Position numbers and translations under genes: made by a program
Part shown: positions 7,696 to 17,748 of the stretch, one piece after another
Position numbering within the stretch: position 1 is the first letter of the stretch
Layout of the letters: each line of letters opens with the position of its first letter
From: a virus
Taxonomy: Duplodnaviria; Caudoviricetes
Reading direction: 5' to 3' (one strand)
IMG/VR virus record: IMGVR_UViG_3300012232_000049
Span: 1-24,692 of that record
DNA: 24,692 bases
The notes under the pieces: model-generated
What the model saw: only the letters and a program-made list of their open reading frames with translations
Databases searched by the model: none
Told to the model about the DNA's origin: nothing

Positions 7696-9186
7696 TTATT
7701 GACCTCCGGAAGTATCTGTACCAGCATTATCACTAGTCGGCTTAGCTGTAGGAGGACCTTGCCTTGGTGGCCCTGCAGGTGCTTCAGTTGGTGCTGCATT
7801 ACCCCCAGGAGCCTGTGGTGTTGAAGTTTCACGGACCGTCGAAGGATCAGCCTTAGGCAAATCCATTTCATCGCGGACATAGTCTTCCAGGGGCTGATCA
7901 GGCTTAATAACATTCGCTCCAATAAGATTACGAATAGCAAAGCTAAGCGTACGCTGATCAACTGTCTCACCAATGCGCCGCGCCCTAAGCTTCGGAATAT
8001 CTTCCGTATCAAAGTTATATCCGACAAGTTCTGGAATCAAGTAATTGTTCACTGTGTCTGAAACAATCTCAGCAATGAATCGGGTTGCCTTGAGGAACAT
8101 GACCTGATCTTCATCCTTCGTATCAACATCCGAACTAAGGAACGAACCAAGCACATTCTCGCGAATCATTTCATTGTGATGCTCGACAGACTTAAGTGAA
8201 TCAACCATGTTACCTTCGAGCTTAGCGAACAAAAGCTCCCAGTTTGGAGGCAGAACGACATGCGCTCGCTCATTCGTACGAAGATTACGACCAAGCTCAT
8301 TCGCAATACGCTTGTCTTCAGCCGAGAAACCCATAGGCAATTTGATTACAGGGATGCCAATTCCATGCCGTTCCTTCTGAATAGCATCGATCTTGTACAG
8401 CTGCTCCTTGTAATACCAATGCTTATATGCAGAACGAAGAACAGAAATACCTTCGATATTACCGGCTTCCATATCGAATGTAAAGACCAGCATCTTCTTA
8501 ATCGGAATATTAACCGAATCATTCACATCAAGAGAATTAGCCGGATAAAATTCGACGCTATTAGGTCCACCATGACTATCAAAATGCCACTGCTTAACAT
8601 CCATTGGGTGCCTAGGGGCAAGCTTCTTCAACACCATTCGCATTTCACCATCGACAACGCGCTTCTCCCAGACCTTCTCAAACATGTAATAACCAAAATC
8701 ACACATAAGAAGCGACTCAGTGAGGAACTGAGACCAGGAATACGTCGTGTACTCCCACAAACAATCCGTAACAAACTCCGCAATCTTCACATCCTCGCGC
8801 TTATCTGACGCTGGCTCAATATACCAACGCGCAGCAAGCACTGGAGTCTTGACTAAACGAAGCGTTCCTCTAACTGCACCATCACTCTTGCGCATACGAT
8901 CATACTGCTCGAGACCCTTAAGGTCTTGCAAATCGCGATTATATTCCTTACGCGTCTCAGATACAAAAGGAGAAGGCGACGTTGAACCTAATTCGCTCAG
9001 GTTAACTTCCGCTAATTTAGTAGTCTCACGCTCTGACACAACAATAAACGGACGACCCTCATTCACTACCACTTCTTCTAGGTCATATCGCGTTAATAAA
9101 TCGTTCATGTCGATAGTCGCAACCCCGGGCCCCCCTGTATCAGAGACCACAGGAGCTGCAAAACCTAAATATTCCCGCAGTCCCAT
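7696..9186 (-). CDS. Portal protein (Mu gp29/DUF935-like)
   Basis: 496 aa after the terminase; 'G.SVLRSAYKHWYYK' and 'ERHGIGIPV' motifs; Pro-rich tail. Confidence 0.88.
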   Translation of the reverse strand: MGLREYLGFAAPVVSDTGGPGVATIDMNDLLTRYDLEEVVVNEGRPFIVVSERETTKLAEVNLSELGSTSPSPFVSETRKEYNRDLQDLKGLEQYDRMRKSDGAVRGTLRLVKTPVLAARWYIEPASDKREDVKIAEFVTDCLWEYTTYSWSQFLTESLLMCDFGYYMFEKVWEKRVVDGEMRMVLKKLAPRHPMDVKQWHFDSHGGPNSVEFYPANSLDVNDSVNIPIKKMLVFTFDMEAGNIEGISVLRSAYKHWYYKEQLYKIDAIQKERHGIGIPVIKLPMGFSAEDKRIANELGRNLRTNERAHVVLPPNWELLFAKLEGNMVDSLKSVEHHNEMIRENVLGSFLSSDVDTKDEDQVMFLKATRFIAEIVSDTVNNYLIPELVGYNFDTEDIPKLRARRIGETVDQRTLSFAIRNLIGANVIKPDQPLEDYVRDEMDLPKADPSTVRETSTPQAPGGNAAPTEAPAGPPRQGPPTAKPTSDNAGTDTSGGQ

Positions 9187-10658
9187 TAGAAGACTCCTCC
9201 GCTTGTGAAGTAGCCGGAGCTACCGCTTATGTCTGCAAGTTGTGAATTAGTATCGGCAAGCTCGTAAGGTAAAGGAGTACCGCTAATATCATCAACGGCA
9301 TCACTCAAGTGCATAGTCGCACCGAGCTTGAAGATGTGCATCAGTCCATATCGAATAGCGTCAGCTGCGTGGTTCTGGCTTTTGTTGTCACCTTCGGGAG
9401 CGTTACGACCGTTTGTTCCTTCTGGTGCGCGGTAGTTATTGAATTCTTCGATGATTTCGGTGCAGCTGTGGTCGACAAAGAAAGCGGGGGCGTATATCGG
9501 CCCTCCGAATTCGTCTTCGCCTTCTTCCCTATTGAGGAACGAACGGATAAGATCAATTCCTTCACGCCATCCACCAGCATCGCGACTCCCCTTCCCTGTT
9601 TCGCTACCTGATTTAGCCTTGGGATCTGCAATACATGGAACTAATAACTGACTTACAATAGATACTGCCTCTGGATCAGCAGCATCTGCAAAACCAAGGT
9701 CAAGGTGATAGCCCTCAGGCTGGGGACGAGCCTTCATTTGACGAATATGATCCTGAACGCTCGTGAAAGACTTGTAGTGCACACGCCATATATAAATACG
9801 GTCTTGCGGATCTACCTGAAATTCCACGAATGCGGCAGGATTAGTGTATCCCCAGTCAATGCACATGTAATTAGGCCACGCAGGATTGAAGCTTACGTTC
9901 CTTACGTTAGTCGTTACATCCCACTCTGGGAAAATCTTTCCTACGAACGAACCAAAGTCCGCGCCAATTTCCTGATCAAAGGCCTCCGGACTCATCGTCC
10001 TACGCAATAATCGTATTTCAGGATCCAGTTCACCATCGGGGTAAACGGCCGAATTCGCCCAACTGGGGAATCTCCAACTTTCGTACTCAGGAATAGTGTT
10101 ATCCTGACCATACATCCAAAGTTTGTACAGCCAGTTATATCCCTCAGGTGTAGTGGGGAAATCAGCACCGCCGCGACGGTCAGCTAAAGCAGGGCGAATG
10201 AATCGCTCCCACGTATCAGGATTGTGCTTTGCCGCCTCTGACATGATTACCCAGTCCAGGGCATCACCAACGAGATTCTCCGGATGATCTGCAGAGCGAA
10301 CTTCAACACGTGTATTCCAAGGGAATTGAATAAACATGTTGCCTTGCTTCTTGCTATATGCACGCTTGATTGTCTTATCACGACCGAGCTGTTGCTTAAC
10401 AATCAAGTCGTGCCATACAACACGAAACTCTTTTTCGCCTAGGTCATACGTCGGAGCAACAATCCAATATAAACGATCAGGTAGAAAAAGTTTAGGCTCA
10501 AGATCGCGGGCGGCCATAGTACTCTTACCAAACCGTCGGCCGCAATTAGGAAGACGAAAGCGTGCTTTACTAGTATGGTATAGAAGCTGTTGTGGATGGG
10601 GATCATAACCTATACGCCTAAAGAAAGCCGCCTTGTCAATTCCTACCTGGCCTTCCAC
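9186..10658 (-). CDS. terL: Terminase large subunit
   Basis: Q-motif 'PHPQQ', Walker A 'GRRFGKS', Walker B-like 'VIMSEAA', motif III 'TTPEG', nuclease 'DWGYTNP' and 'NHAADAIRY'. Confidence 0.93.
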   Translation of the reverse strand: MEGQVGIDKAAFFRRIGYDPHPQQLLYHTSKARFRLPNCGRRFGKSTMAARDLEPKLFLPDRLYWIVAPTYDLGEKEFRVVWHDLIVKQQLGRDKTIKRAYSKKQGNMFIQFPWNTRVEVRSADHPENLVGDALDWVIMSEAAKHNPDTWERFIRPALADRRGGADFPTTPEGYNWLYKLWMYGQDNTIPEYESWRFPSWANSAVYPDGELDPEIRLLRRTMSPEAFDQEIGADFGSFVGKIFPEWDVTTNVRNVSFNPAWPNYMCIDWGYTNPAAFVEFQVDPQDRIYIWRVHYKSFTSVQDHIRQMKARPQPEGYHLDLGFADAADPEAVSIVSQLLVPCIADPKAKSGSETGKGSRDAGGWREGIDLIRSFLNREEGEDEFGGPIYAPAFFVDHSCTEIIEEFNNYRAPEGTNGRNAPEGDNKSQNHAADAIRYGLMHIFKLGATMHLSDAVDDISGTPLPYELADTNSQLADISGSSGYFTSGGVF

Positions 10659-10660
10659 GC

Positions 10661-10999
10661 TTACTCTTCGCTTTCTGAACCCGCAGCCGCCGCAACAAAT
10701 CCCGTAACTTCGGAAATGAAATCTGCAACAGGATTAACAGCACCGTAAGCGTCATCGCCTACGCGACCCAGCACACGCTCAGTAATATACTTCTGCGCAT
10801 CAAGTCGAGTCCGCTCATTTGAACCATGAATGGCGGTATGCACAATACCTAGGATAGCGGCGCCAACATTCTCTCGAAGGAGGCGGCGTGCAATCTGCTC
10901 GTTATCCTCTTCGGTATGAATGGTACGCTCAGCGATAAGCGCATTTAGGGCATCGTCGGGAACCCAAGTGCTGTCAGACTCTTCCATATCCATGCCCAT
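10661..10999 (-). CDS. Probable terminase small subunit
   Basis: 112-aa helical protein directly upstream of terL; assignment rests mainly on synteny. Confidence 0.55.
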   Translation of the reverse strand: MGMDMEESDSTWVPDDALNALIAERTIHTEEDNEQIARRLLRENVGAAILGIVHTAIHGSNERTRLDAQKYITERVLGRVGDDAYGAVNPVADFISEVTGFVAAAAGSESEE

Positions 11000-11029
11000 C
11001 TCCCTTCATATGAGTTGCACTCTAGCTCT

Positions 11030-11081
11030 ATTATATGGTGAACATCTAGACCGACGCATACACCTTAGATATAATAGTAAC
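11030..11081 (-). promoter_or_regulatory. Putative late promoter copy 2 (GTTACTATTATATCT box, 31 bp, TATAAT)
   Basis: Fills the intergenic gap upstream of the terminase genes; spacing identical to the other two copies. Confidence 0.65.
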
Positions 11082-11082
11082 G

Positions 11083-11349
11083 CTACGTAATAGCTATTGT
11101 GCCGCAGTCCATAACAGGAATTTCAGGAGAGTCAGTGATCTTAGCATAGATATCATACATACCCGGCGTAAGTCCTGAAATCATTACGCCTACTTCAAGT
11201 CCCAATACAACTGCAGTAGTCCAAACTGTAGGTCGCGCACCATGTGCTACGATAGATGTCGAAACACCTGCAGTCTGAATTACACCGTCCTTCTTAATGA
11301 TAAGCGGCTGAAACTCAACCGTCTCACGTGGATAACTATTGGTTTTCAT
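11083..11349 (-). CDS. Small beta-rich virion protein, possible fibre adaptor (Ig/BppU-like)
   Basis: 88 aa; overlaps the end of the giant gene; 'LTPGMYDIYAKITDSPEIPV' beta-sandwich-like pattern. Confidence 0.55.
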   Translation of the reverse strand: MKTNSYPRETVEFQPLIIKKDGVIQTAGVSTSIVAHGARPTVWTTAVVLGLEVGVMISGLTPGMYDIYAKITDSPEIPVMDCGTIAIT

Positions 11350-14300
11350 TTTGTCCTTCCCAACGCTTGAGGTCCAAAGTTGCCGTCCGCTTCCTTCTGC
11401 TTGTACTACCTACCCAACGCTGATCATCCAAAACTGCAGTGCGAGCTCTAATTGCCGTTACTGCTTGCCAACGCCTATCGCCTATAACACCTATAGCGAT
11501 GACATTAAGACCTGTCGATGGAGCAATATTCCATGTAGTACTACGTTCGGATGTAATACTACCTGCACCATATACAGTCCACGTCGTAAGCTTTGTGGAT
11601 AGGATCGTCTTCTTCGTATCCCACATTGTAAGACGTGGTGAATGAATTGCTTGCTTAACATGCCATATAGTAGGACGCTGAGATGTTTCAGTGCGCTTAA
11701 CATCCCACGTAGTAGAATGGAACTTTGTAGTCGTAGTACTTAAGTTCCAAGTTGTCGGACGAGGCTCAGTAATTCTTACATTCGTATTCCATATGATTAC
11801 ACGAAGTGAAGTAACACCACCTGCAAAGAATACATCCCATGTGGTACTACGCGGACTAACTGCAAGACGTAATACCCTCCAGGTAGTCGACCGTGTAGTA
11901 GGACCAACGGGAGTAAACACGTGCCAAGTCGTAGGTTGCAGTTCGGTAACTAATTGCCTAACATTCCAAGTCGTGCTACGAAGCGTAGGCCCAACAGGAG
12001 TAAACACATGCCAAGTAGTAACACGAGGTGATACGGCAAGGAATAACGTATTCCACGTAGTAGGACGTGTAATACTAATTGTCTTAAGCACATGCCATGT
12101 TGTCGGACGAGAAGATTCAGCCGTAACTAATACTCGCCAGGTAGTACCACGTGAGGATGTCGCCTGACCTTGTATCTGTACATCCCAAGTAGTAGGACGT
12201 GAAGATGAAATAGTAACGAGCGTATTCCACATCGTTGATACGGGATCAGTAATAGTCTGCTTAACGTGCCAAGTAGTTAATCGAAGTACAAGAACTGGCG
12301 TAAATACGTGCCACGTGGTGCCCCTTGAATTGGAGACCACAAGCCTAGTATGCCAAGTCGTAGGACGCAGAGATGTAGTCGGAGTATTAACGTTCCAAGA
12401 CACAATACGAGTAACTAGCGGAACCGTGAAGGAAACATTCCAAGTAGTCAAACGAGACGAGGACTCTATCTTTCGTACATTCCAAGTAGTTGATCGAACA
12501 GACGTAGCACTAGTTGTTACTTCTACATGCCAAGTTGTCGATCGTGCAGATGTTTCAGCCTTATTAACAATCCACGATGTGTCCTGTGTCTCGGTAATGA
12601 ACTTCTTCGTATCCCATGTAGTAGGACGTAATACGTTAATTCGTCCAATAACGACCCACGTTGTGCTTCGAGGACTAGTCGCGGAAGTAAAGACGCGCCA
12701 CGTCGTCGCACGAGAGCCTGTAGCAATCTGAGATACTTGCCAAGACGTATCTCTTGACTGTGTAATGAATTTTCGTGTATGCCAAGTAGTGGATCTAGCA
12801 GATACTGCGACGGTAGTAAATACATGCCACGTCGTAGGTTGTGTTTCAGTTACTACCTGTCTAGTATTCCATGTTGTTGACCTAGTAGACGTAACAGGCA
12901 CATTTGCAAGTACATCCCAAGTAGTACTTCGAGGCGATGAAACTGCCTGAAGTGTCTTCCACGTTGTCAGCCTAGTACTAATACCACCTGAGATGAATAT
13001 GTTCCATGTAGTTGCTCTAGTTGTAGGCGCAACTCTAAAGAGCGTATGCCAAGTTGTAGGCTGCGTCTCAGTAATAGCTTGTAGGATTCGCCATGTCGTC
13101 GATATAGGATCAGTAACTGCCTGCCTAACATGCCAGGTAGTGGATACTAGATCTGTTACAGCCTGCAAAGTCTTCCAAGTCGTAGACCTAGTCGACGTTA
13201 CTGGCACTGTCGTAAGTACGTTCCATGTCGTATCGCGTGAAGATGTTTCAGTCTTCTTCGTATTCCAAGTTGTGGCTCGTGCGGATGTTGCAGGCGGATT
13301 AGCGACATTCCACGTCGTACGGACTATTGATGTTACAGGTGGTAATTCGACAAATGCTGCAGTAATATAAGCACTATCATCTACAGTCATAGTCCAGCCA
13401 GCAGGCTCAATAGTCGCCTGCGCATAAAAATCATAGCGAGAAAAGCCTTGACCAGTTAATCCATCATCGGCACTAGTGATAAGCGTCCACCCATATGATG
13501 GTGTCGCAGGAAACGTATCATGACCACTATGAATAGCAAAATAACCACAATACGGTTTACCAACAATAAGACCGGACAGATTTGCCATAGGATTAGCACT
13601 GCCACCAAGACCACCAGTAGAACCAAATTGCCCAACGCCTCGAATTCTATTACCTGCAACACCAGGAATCATTGTTGCTACAACCATACGCTTAAGACTT
13701 GTGCCTGAAGAATCATACGATACTGTTTGAGTACCTGTAGGAATATTATCCAGGAAGTACATATAAACGCCGCCGGGCTCAGTCGTCTCAGAGTAGCCAT
13801 TTAGTTGTGTCATTGAAAAGCCGCCATAAACGACATTGCTAATCTCACTAAACGAAGAACCACTCTGAGCAATAATGACAATAGCTGCCTGTGCCGACGC
13901 GGACGCATTATGCGTTGTATTTTGTGTACCAACTGATGTATTAGTTGCGCTTACAGTAGCTAAATCATGCGTAATTCTCGGCGTAGATGTTAAAGTGACA
14001 TTCCATGTCGTAGTACGGGATGAAGTAACTTTTGCTGTAGGTGTAGTAGATGCCTGATAAAGAACAATACTACCAAATACTGAATCCATAACTGATGCGC
14101 CAGATGCAACAGCCCAACCACTAGAAGCGGATCCAGAAGTTGGCACTAATGATAAGACTTGAAATCCTCGTGCTTGTGACCCAAGATCAGTGGTACTAAG
14201 ACTAACCCAACCGTTAGAAGTAGATGTATTAAATGAATCATGTCCTGCGTGAATAACTTCAAAAAGTAACTGGAAAATACCCGGAGATACACTAATATTC

Positions 14301-17300
14301 AAAAATGGTGCGTTGCTAATAGTGCTATAAGTACCCTGAACAGGTTCTAGATGTCTAATCTGACTTCCTGATTGTGCGATTACTGTTGACACTACTAACT
14401 GCCTATTAGTAGCAGCTGTTGTGGTCATTGCAACGTTCTGAGTTCCTGTAGGAATCCCATCTAAGAAGTAAATATAAATTGCGCCTGGTTCGATAGGATC
14501 AGTATCAAACCTAACGCGATGCATCGGTATGCCGCCATACGTTACACCAGTAATCTCATCAATAGTTGTACCATTCTGAGAAATCATAACAACAGCAGCT
14601 CGAGCCGAAGCGCTAGCGACATGCGACGTAGTTTGCGTACCTATCGAAGCATATGCGGCAGCGATAGTTGACGTATCATAAGACATTGGTGGGGGAACTT
14701 CAATAAACGCTGCACCCAATATAGCGTATGCATGTGATGGAAGTTGCCAACCTATATTTACCTGCTGTCCTGTTGCATAAATATCTTTATACGCAAAACC
14801 TCGACCCTGTAATCCAAGATCAGTACCACTAATAAGAACTGAATCAACCATCGGTGTATTTGGAAATGAATCACTGGACGAATGAATGGCGTAATAAATT
14901 AAATGACGTGCACCAGCTACTGTCAAAGGTGATGCGCCAGGAATACCTGTAGTATTAATAGCCGTACCACCAAGCCCATTGGTAATACCTACAAGCTTGA
15001 TAGTATTACCTGATGTACCAGGAATAATCGTCGAAATGACCATTTGCTTTGAAGATGAACCTGTCGTGGTCATTACGACATTCTGAGTCCCGGTAGCGGG
15101 ATTCTCGAGGTAGTAAAGATAAATCCTTCCGAGTTCCGTAAGTGTATTCCCCTGTGTTCTTACTAATACCATAGAAGTGCCACCATACGTGACACTACTA
15201 ACTTCACTAGTAGAAGAACCATTCTGCACAATCATAACTACTGCACCCTTAGCAAGCGCACTAGCTGTGTGTGAAACAGTCTGCGACCCTGTTGACACAT
15301 AATCAGAGCCAACGGTCGCGGCGTCATGATATAATGCAGCGCCAGTATTCCACGTCGTCGAGCGGGACGAAGTTACCTTCGTTGTACCGGCAACTTGTAA
15401 AAGTGATATACCGCTCGTAACATACGAACCAGAACCTATACCCCATCCACCACTAAAGCTAGATGACCAAGAGTGATGAAACATATGTGCGAAAGCGCGG
15501 CCATTTAACGCATCAGCCTGAGCATAAATAGCACTCCAGCCAGCCTTAGGAGCATTAACATCAAAGGCATTATCACCAAAGTGCATAACTTCAAAAAGTA
15601 AATGTGATGTATCAGGCGTTAATCCATTAAATTGAACTGAACCACTATTAGAACCAGACCACGTAACACCAGTATGACCATTTCCAACATACTCGATATG
15701 ATATCCTGCAATTCCGGTAAGAACTGTAGAAATCGTCATAATCTTACTAGTTGTTCCTGCGGTCGTCATTACTGCATTTTGAGTACCTGTCGGACAACCA
15801 TCAAGGAAGTAAATATATGTTGCGCCTGCCTCTGTTGCATCCGTATCAAAACGAATACGATGCATAGGAACGCCGCCATAAGTAACAGTTCTGACCTCGT
15901 CCCACTGCACCCCGTTCTGCTCGATCATAACGACCACAGCCCGAGCAGAAGCACTACCAGCATGTGAAACGGTCTGCGAACCGATAGACGAGTATGGTGA
16001 AGCGACTGTACTTACATCATGAACAGGCGGCGGTGGAATCTCATAGAACCAAGCTGCTGATAATCCATACGAAGCAGCCATAGAGCCAAACCAACCAGCA
16101 TTTTGTGTTGAAGAAAGAGCCACAATATCTGTATTAGCAAAGCCGCGACCACTTGTGCCAAGGTCTGATGATTCAATTAGTGACCAGGGAGGAGACGTTC
16201 TTGGAGTAGCGGGGAAAGCATCATCGCCCGAAGTAATAGCTTCGTAACCGAGATACTGTCTATTAACATTAAAGGAAGTACCAGCTACAAGTGGATTTGT
16301 AGATGAGGAAAGTGCTCCATTCACCACAAATCCGCGAATGACGTTTCCTGGCGTACCTACAATCATAGTCGCGACAACAAGCTTCTTAGTATTACTGCCA
16401 TACGTCGTCATAACGACGTTTTGCGTACCTGTAGGAATATTATCAAGGAAGAAGACTGTTACACATCCACCTTCTGTCGCATCTGCTTGCCCCCCAAAGT
16501 AACTCATAGGAACGCCGCCATATGTGACGTCAGACACTTCACTTACAGTAGCGGTAAGTGTATGAATCAAGACAACTGCAGCGCGTGCAGATGCTGACGC
16601 AGCATGAGATGTCGTCTGTGACCCTATAGAAGAATAATCTGCGGCAACTGTTATAACATCATTCTGGAATAGCCCAATAACATCCCATGTCGTACTACGT
16701 TGAGACGTAATAGGTGGTTGCGCTACATCCCATGTTGTTGCTCGAAGAGAAGTGATCTCCTTCTTAGTGTCCCAAGTTGTGGCCCTAGGTGATGTTTCAG
16801 CCTTAAATGTTTTCCACGTCGTAGGCCTAGCAACAATAGGAACTAAGAAAAGTGTCTTCCATGTCGTAGCACTAAGCGTCTTAGTCTCAGTCTTTAGTGT
16901 ATTCCAAGTCGTAGCTTGTGTCTCGGTAACTCGACCTTGAAGATCCCACGTCGTAGCTCGAGAAGACGTGACTGAAGTTAAAACGACACCCGGCTGCAAG
17001 ACAAATACGGTGCCACCGATATTGCCCGAACCATTGACGAAGTTCCACGTCTGCGTCGCCGTGCCCGTGACGATCTTGTACTGGGCGAATGACGAGACGT
17101 TCGTTGCAGCGCTACCACCAGTAGTGGCCTGGCAATACGGAGTCGCCCACGATCCGTTCGTCGTGTCCGAGTCGGGCGTATAGGCTGACGTGTTCGTCTC
17201 GCTGCCACCACACCCAATGACAAGATCACCATTCGTAGCGGAACCGCTAGTAATGGCCAGTGTACCGTTTGTCGCTCGACCAAGAACCTCAGCAACACGC

Positions 17301-17677
17301 TCCGTTGTGGACAGGCCAGTAAAACTAAGAATGGTGACAGAGCAGGCCCCAGTAGCGGCGGAGAAGTTGACGGTGATAGTATCCGTAGGAGTGACGAGTG
17401 CACGACTCGGCTTGCCGATCCATACCTGATTCAGAACACCCGAACCACTCGACGGGGTGGCGGGGGCCTTCGTGATTGGGGCGAGAGCCGTGTACGTCGT
17501 TCCCGGTGTATCCGTGACAGACGAGATCGTCGGAGTCGAGGCGCCACTCGGATCGAAGGAAACGATAACGATGATTGTTTCATTCGCTGCCGAGTTAGTC
17601 GAGACGGAACTATTGGCCGTCGAAGTGGAGCCCTTAGCAGCGTAGCCGCCAAGATACGCATCAAAGGCGATCGCCAC
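11336..17677 (-). CDS. 2113-aa repeat-rich virion fibre / receptor-binding-like protein
   Basis: Single long ORF with GTG start and GGGAGGG RBS; Thr/Ser/Val-rich; about 50 short TTW repeats plus five about 220-aa domains. The function is inferred. Confidence 0.75.
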   Translation of the reverse strand: MAIAFDAYLGGYAAKGSTSTANSSVSTNSAANETIIVIVSFDPSGASTPTISSVTDTPGTTYTALAPITKAPATPSSGSGVLNQVWIGKPSRALVTPTDTITVNFSAATGACSVTILSFTGLSTTERVAEVLGRATNGTLAITSGSATNGDLVIGCGGSETNTSAYTPDSDTTNGSWATPYCQATTGGSAATNVSSFAQYKIVTGTATQTWNFVNGSGNIGGTVFVLQPGVVLTSVTSSRATTWDLQGRVTETQATTWNTLKTETKTLSATTWKTLFLVPIVARPTTWKTFKAETSPRATTWDTKKEITSLRATTWDVAQPPITSQRSTTWDVIGLFQNDVITVAADYSSIGSQTTSHAASASARAAVVLIHTLTATVSEVSDVTYGGVPMSYFGGQADATEGGCVTVFFLDNIPTGTQNVVMTTYGSNTKKLVVATMIVGTPGNVIRGFVVNGALSSSTNPLVAGTSFNVNRQYLGYEAITSGDDAFPATPRTSPPWSLIESSDLGTSGRGFANTDIVALSSTQNAGWFGSMAASYGLSAAWFYEIPPPPVHDVSTVASPYSSIGSQTVSHAGSASARAVVVMIEQNGVQWDEVRTVTYGGVPMHRIRFDTDATEAGATYIYFLDGCPTGTQNAVMTTAGTTSKIMTISTVLTGIAGYHIEYVGNGHTGVTWSGSNSGSVQFNGLTPDTSHLLFEVMHFGDNAFDVNAPKAGWSAIYAQADALNGRAFAHMFHHSWSSSFSGGWGIGSGSYVTSGISLLQVAGTTKVTSSRSTTWNTGAALYHDAATVGSDYVSTGSQTVSHTASALAKGAVVMIVQNGSSTSEVSSVTYGGTSMVLVRTQGNTLTELGRIYLYYLENPATGTQNVVMTTTGSSSKQMVISTIIPGTSGNTIKLVGITNGLGGTAINTTGIPGASPLTVAGARHLIYYAIHSSSDSFPNTPMVDSVLISGTDLGLQGRGFAYKDIYATGQQVNIGWQLPSHAYAILGAAFIEVPPPMSYDTSTIAAAYASIGTQTTSHVASASARAAVVMISQNGTTIDEITGVTYGGIPMHRVRFDTDPIEPGAIYIYFLDGIPTGTQNVAMTTTAATNRQLVVSTVIAQSGSQIRHLEPVQGTYSTISNAPFLNISVSPGIFQLLFEVIHAGHDSFNTSTSNGWVSLSTTDLGSQARGFQVLSLVPTSGSASSGWAVASGASVMDSVFGSIVLYQASTTPTAKVTSSRTTTWNVTLTSTPRITHDLATVSATNTSVGTQNTTHNASASAQAAIVIIAQSGSSFSEISNVVYGGFSMTQLNGYSETTEPGGVYMYFLDNIPTGTQTVSYDSSGTSLKRMVVATMIPGVAGNRIRGVGQFGSTGGLGGSANPMANLSGLIVGKPYCGYFAIHSGHDTFPATPSYGWTLITSADDGLTGQGFSRYDFYAQATIEPAGWTMTVDDSAYITAAFVELPPVTSIVRTTWNVANPPATSARATTWNTKKTETSSRDTTWNVLTTVPVTSTRSTTWKTLQAVTDLVSTTWHVRQAVTDPISTTWRILQAITETQPTTWHTLFRVAPTTRATTWNIFISGGISTRLTTWKTLQAVSSPRSTTWDVLANVPVTSTRSTTWNTRQVVTETQPTTWHVFTTVAVSARSTTWHTRKFITQSRDTSWQVSQIATGSRATTWRVFTSATSPRSTTWVVIGRINVLRPTTWDTKKFITETQDTSWIVNKAETSARSTTWHVEVTTSATSVRSTTWNVRKIESSSRLTTWNVSFTVPLVTRIVSWNVNTPTTSLRPTTWHTRLVVSNSRGTTWHVFTPVLVLRLTTWHVKQTITDPVSTMWNTLVTISSSRPTTWDVQIQGQATSSRGTTWRVLVTAESSRPTTWHVLKTISITRPTTWNTLFLAVSPRVTTWHVFTPVGPTLRSTTWNVRQLVTELQPTTWHVFTPVGPTTRSTTWRVLRLAVSPRSTTWDVFFAGGVTSLRVIIWNTNVRITEPRPTTWNLSTTTTKFHSTTWDVKRTETSQRPTIWHVKQAIHSPRLTMWDTKKTILSTKLTTWTVYGAGSITSERSTTWNIAPSTGLNVIAIGVIGDRRWQAVTAIRARTAVLDDQRWVGSTSRRKRTATLDLKRWEGQNENQ
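11520..13335 (-). repeat. About 42 tandem 14-16-aa protein repeats, consensus [VIA]TSxR[SPA]TTWx[VT]xxx
   Basis: Counted by eye in the translation; 7 more lie at about 16680-16975 and 2 between the large domains. Confidence 0.9.
13340..16670 (-). repeat. Five tandem about 220-aa domains
   Basis: Each has D..T......S.G[ST]Q...H.....A.[AG].[VI]V, then V.YGG..M and [FY]L.....GTQ. Confidence 0.88.
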
Positions 17678-17681
17678 TTAA

Positions 17682-17738
17682 CCCTCCCTCACATAATGTC
17701 ACCTTGGGAGGGCCACTAAAGTAATGAGCGACCCTCCC
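17682..17738 (-). promoter_or_regulatory. Mutually exclusive hairpins involving the RBS of the giant gene
   Basis: On the mRNA: GGGAGGGUC ... GGCCCUCCC ... GGGAGGGUU(RBS)-AA-GUG. Confidence 0.5.
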
Positions 17739-17748
17739 GCATCATCGG

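Noticed and set aside
2690-9186. Transposable Mu-like phage or integrated prophage
   Set aside because: Only the head module is Mu-like; no transposase, integrase, att site or host genes are in this window, so lifestyle cannot be called.
11520-13335. Periodic DNA motifs (CCA[AC]GT..T every about 42-48 bp) resembling a CRISPR array
   Set aside because: The repeats are degenerate at synonymous positions and are explained by in-frame TTW protein repeats; no identical direct repeats and no cas genes.
11336-17677. Diversity-generating retroelement targeting the giant protein
   Set aside because: No reverse transcriptase in the window, and I saw no near-identical repeat pair differing only at adenines.
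11336-17677. Tail tape measure protein
   Set aside because: Beta-type Thr/Ser/Val composition rather than helical Ala/Leu-rich, and it lies upstream of terminase; the true tape measure should follow the tail tube outside the window.
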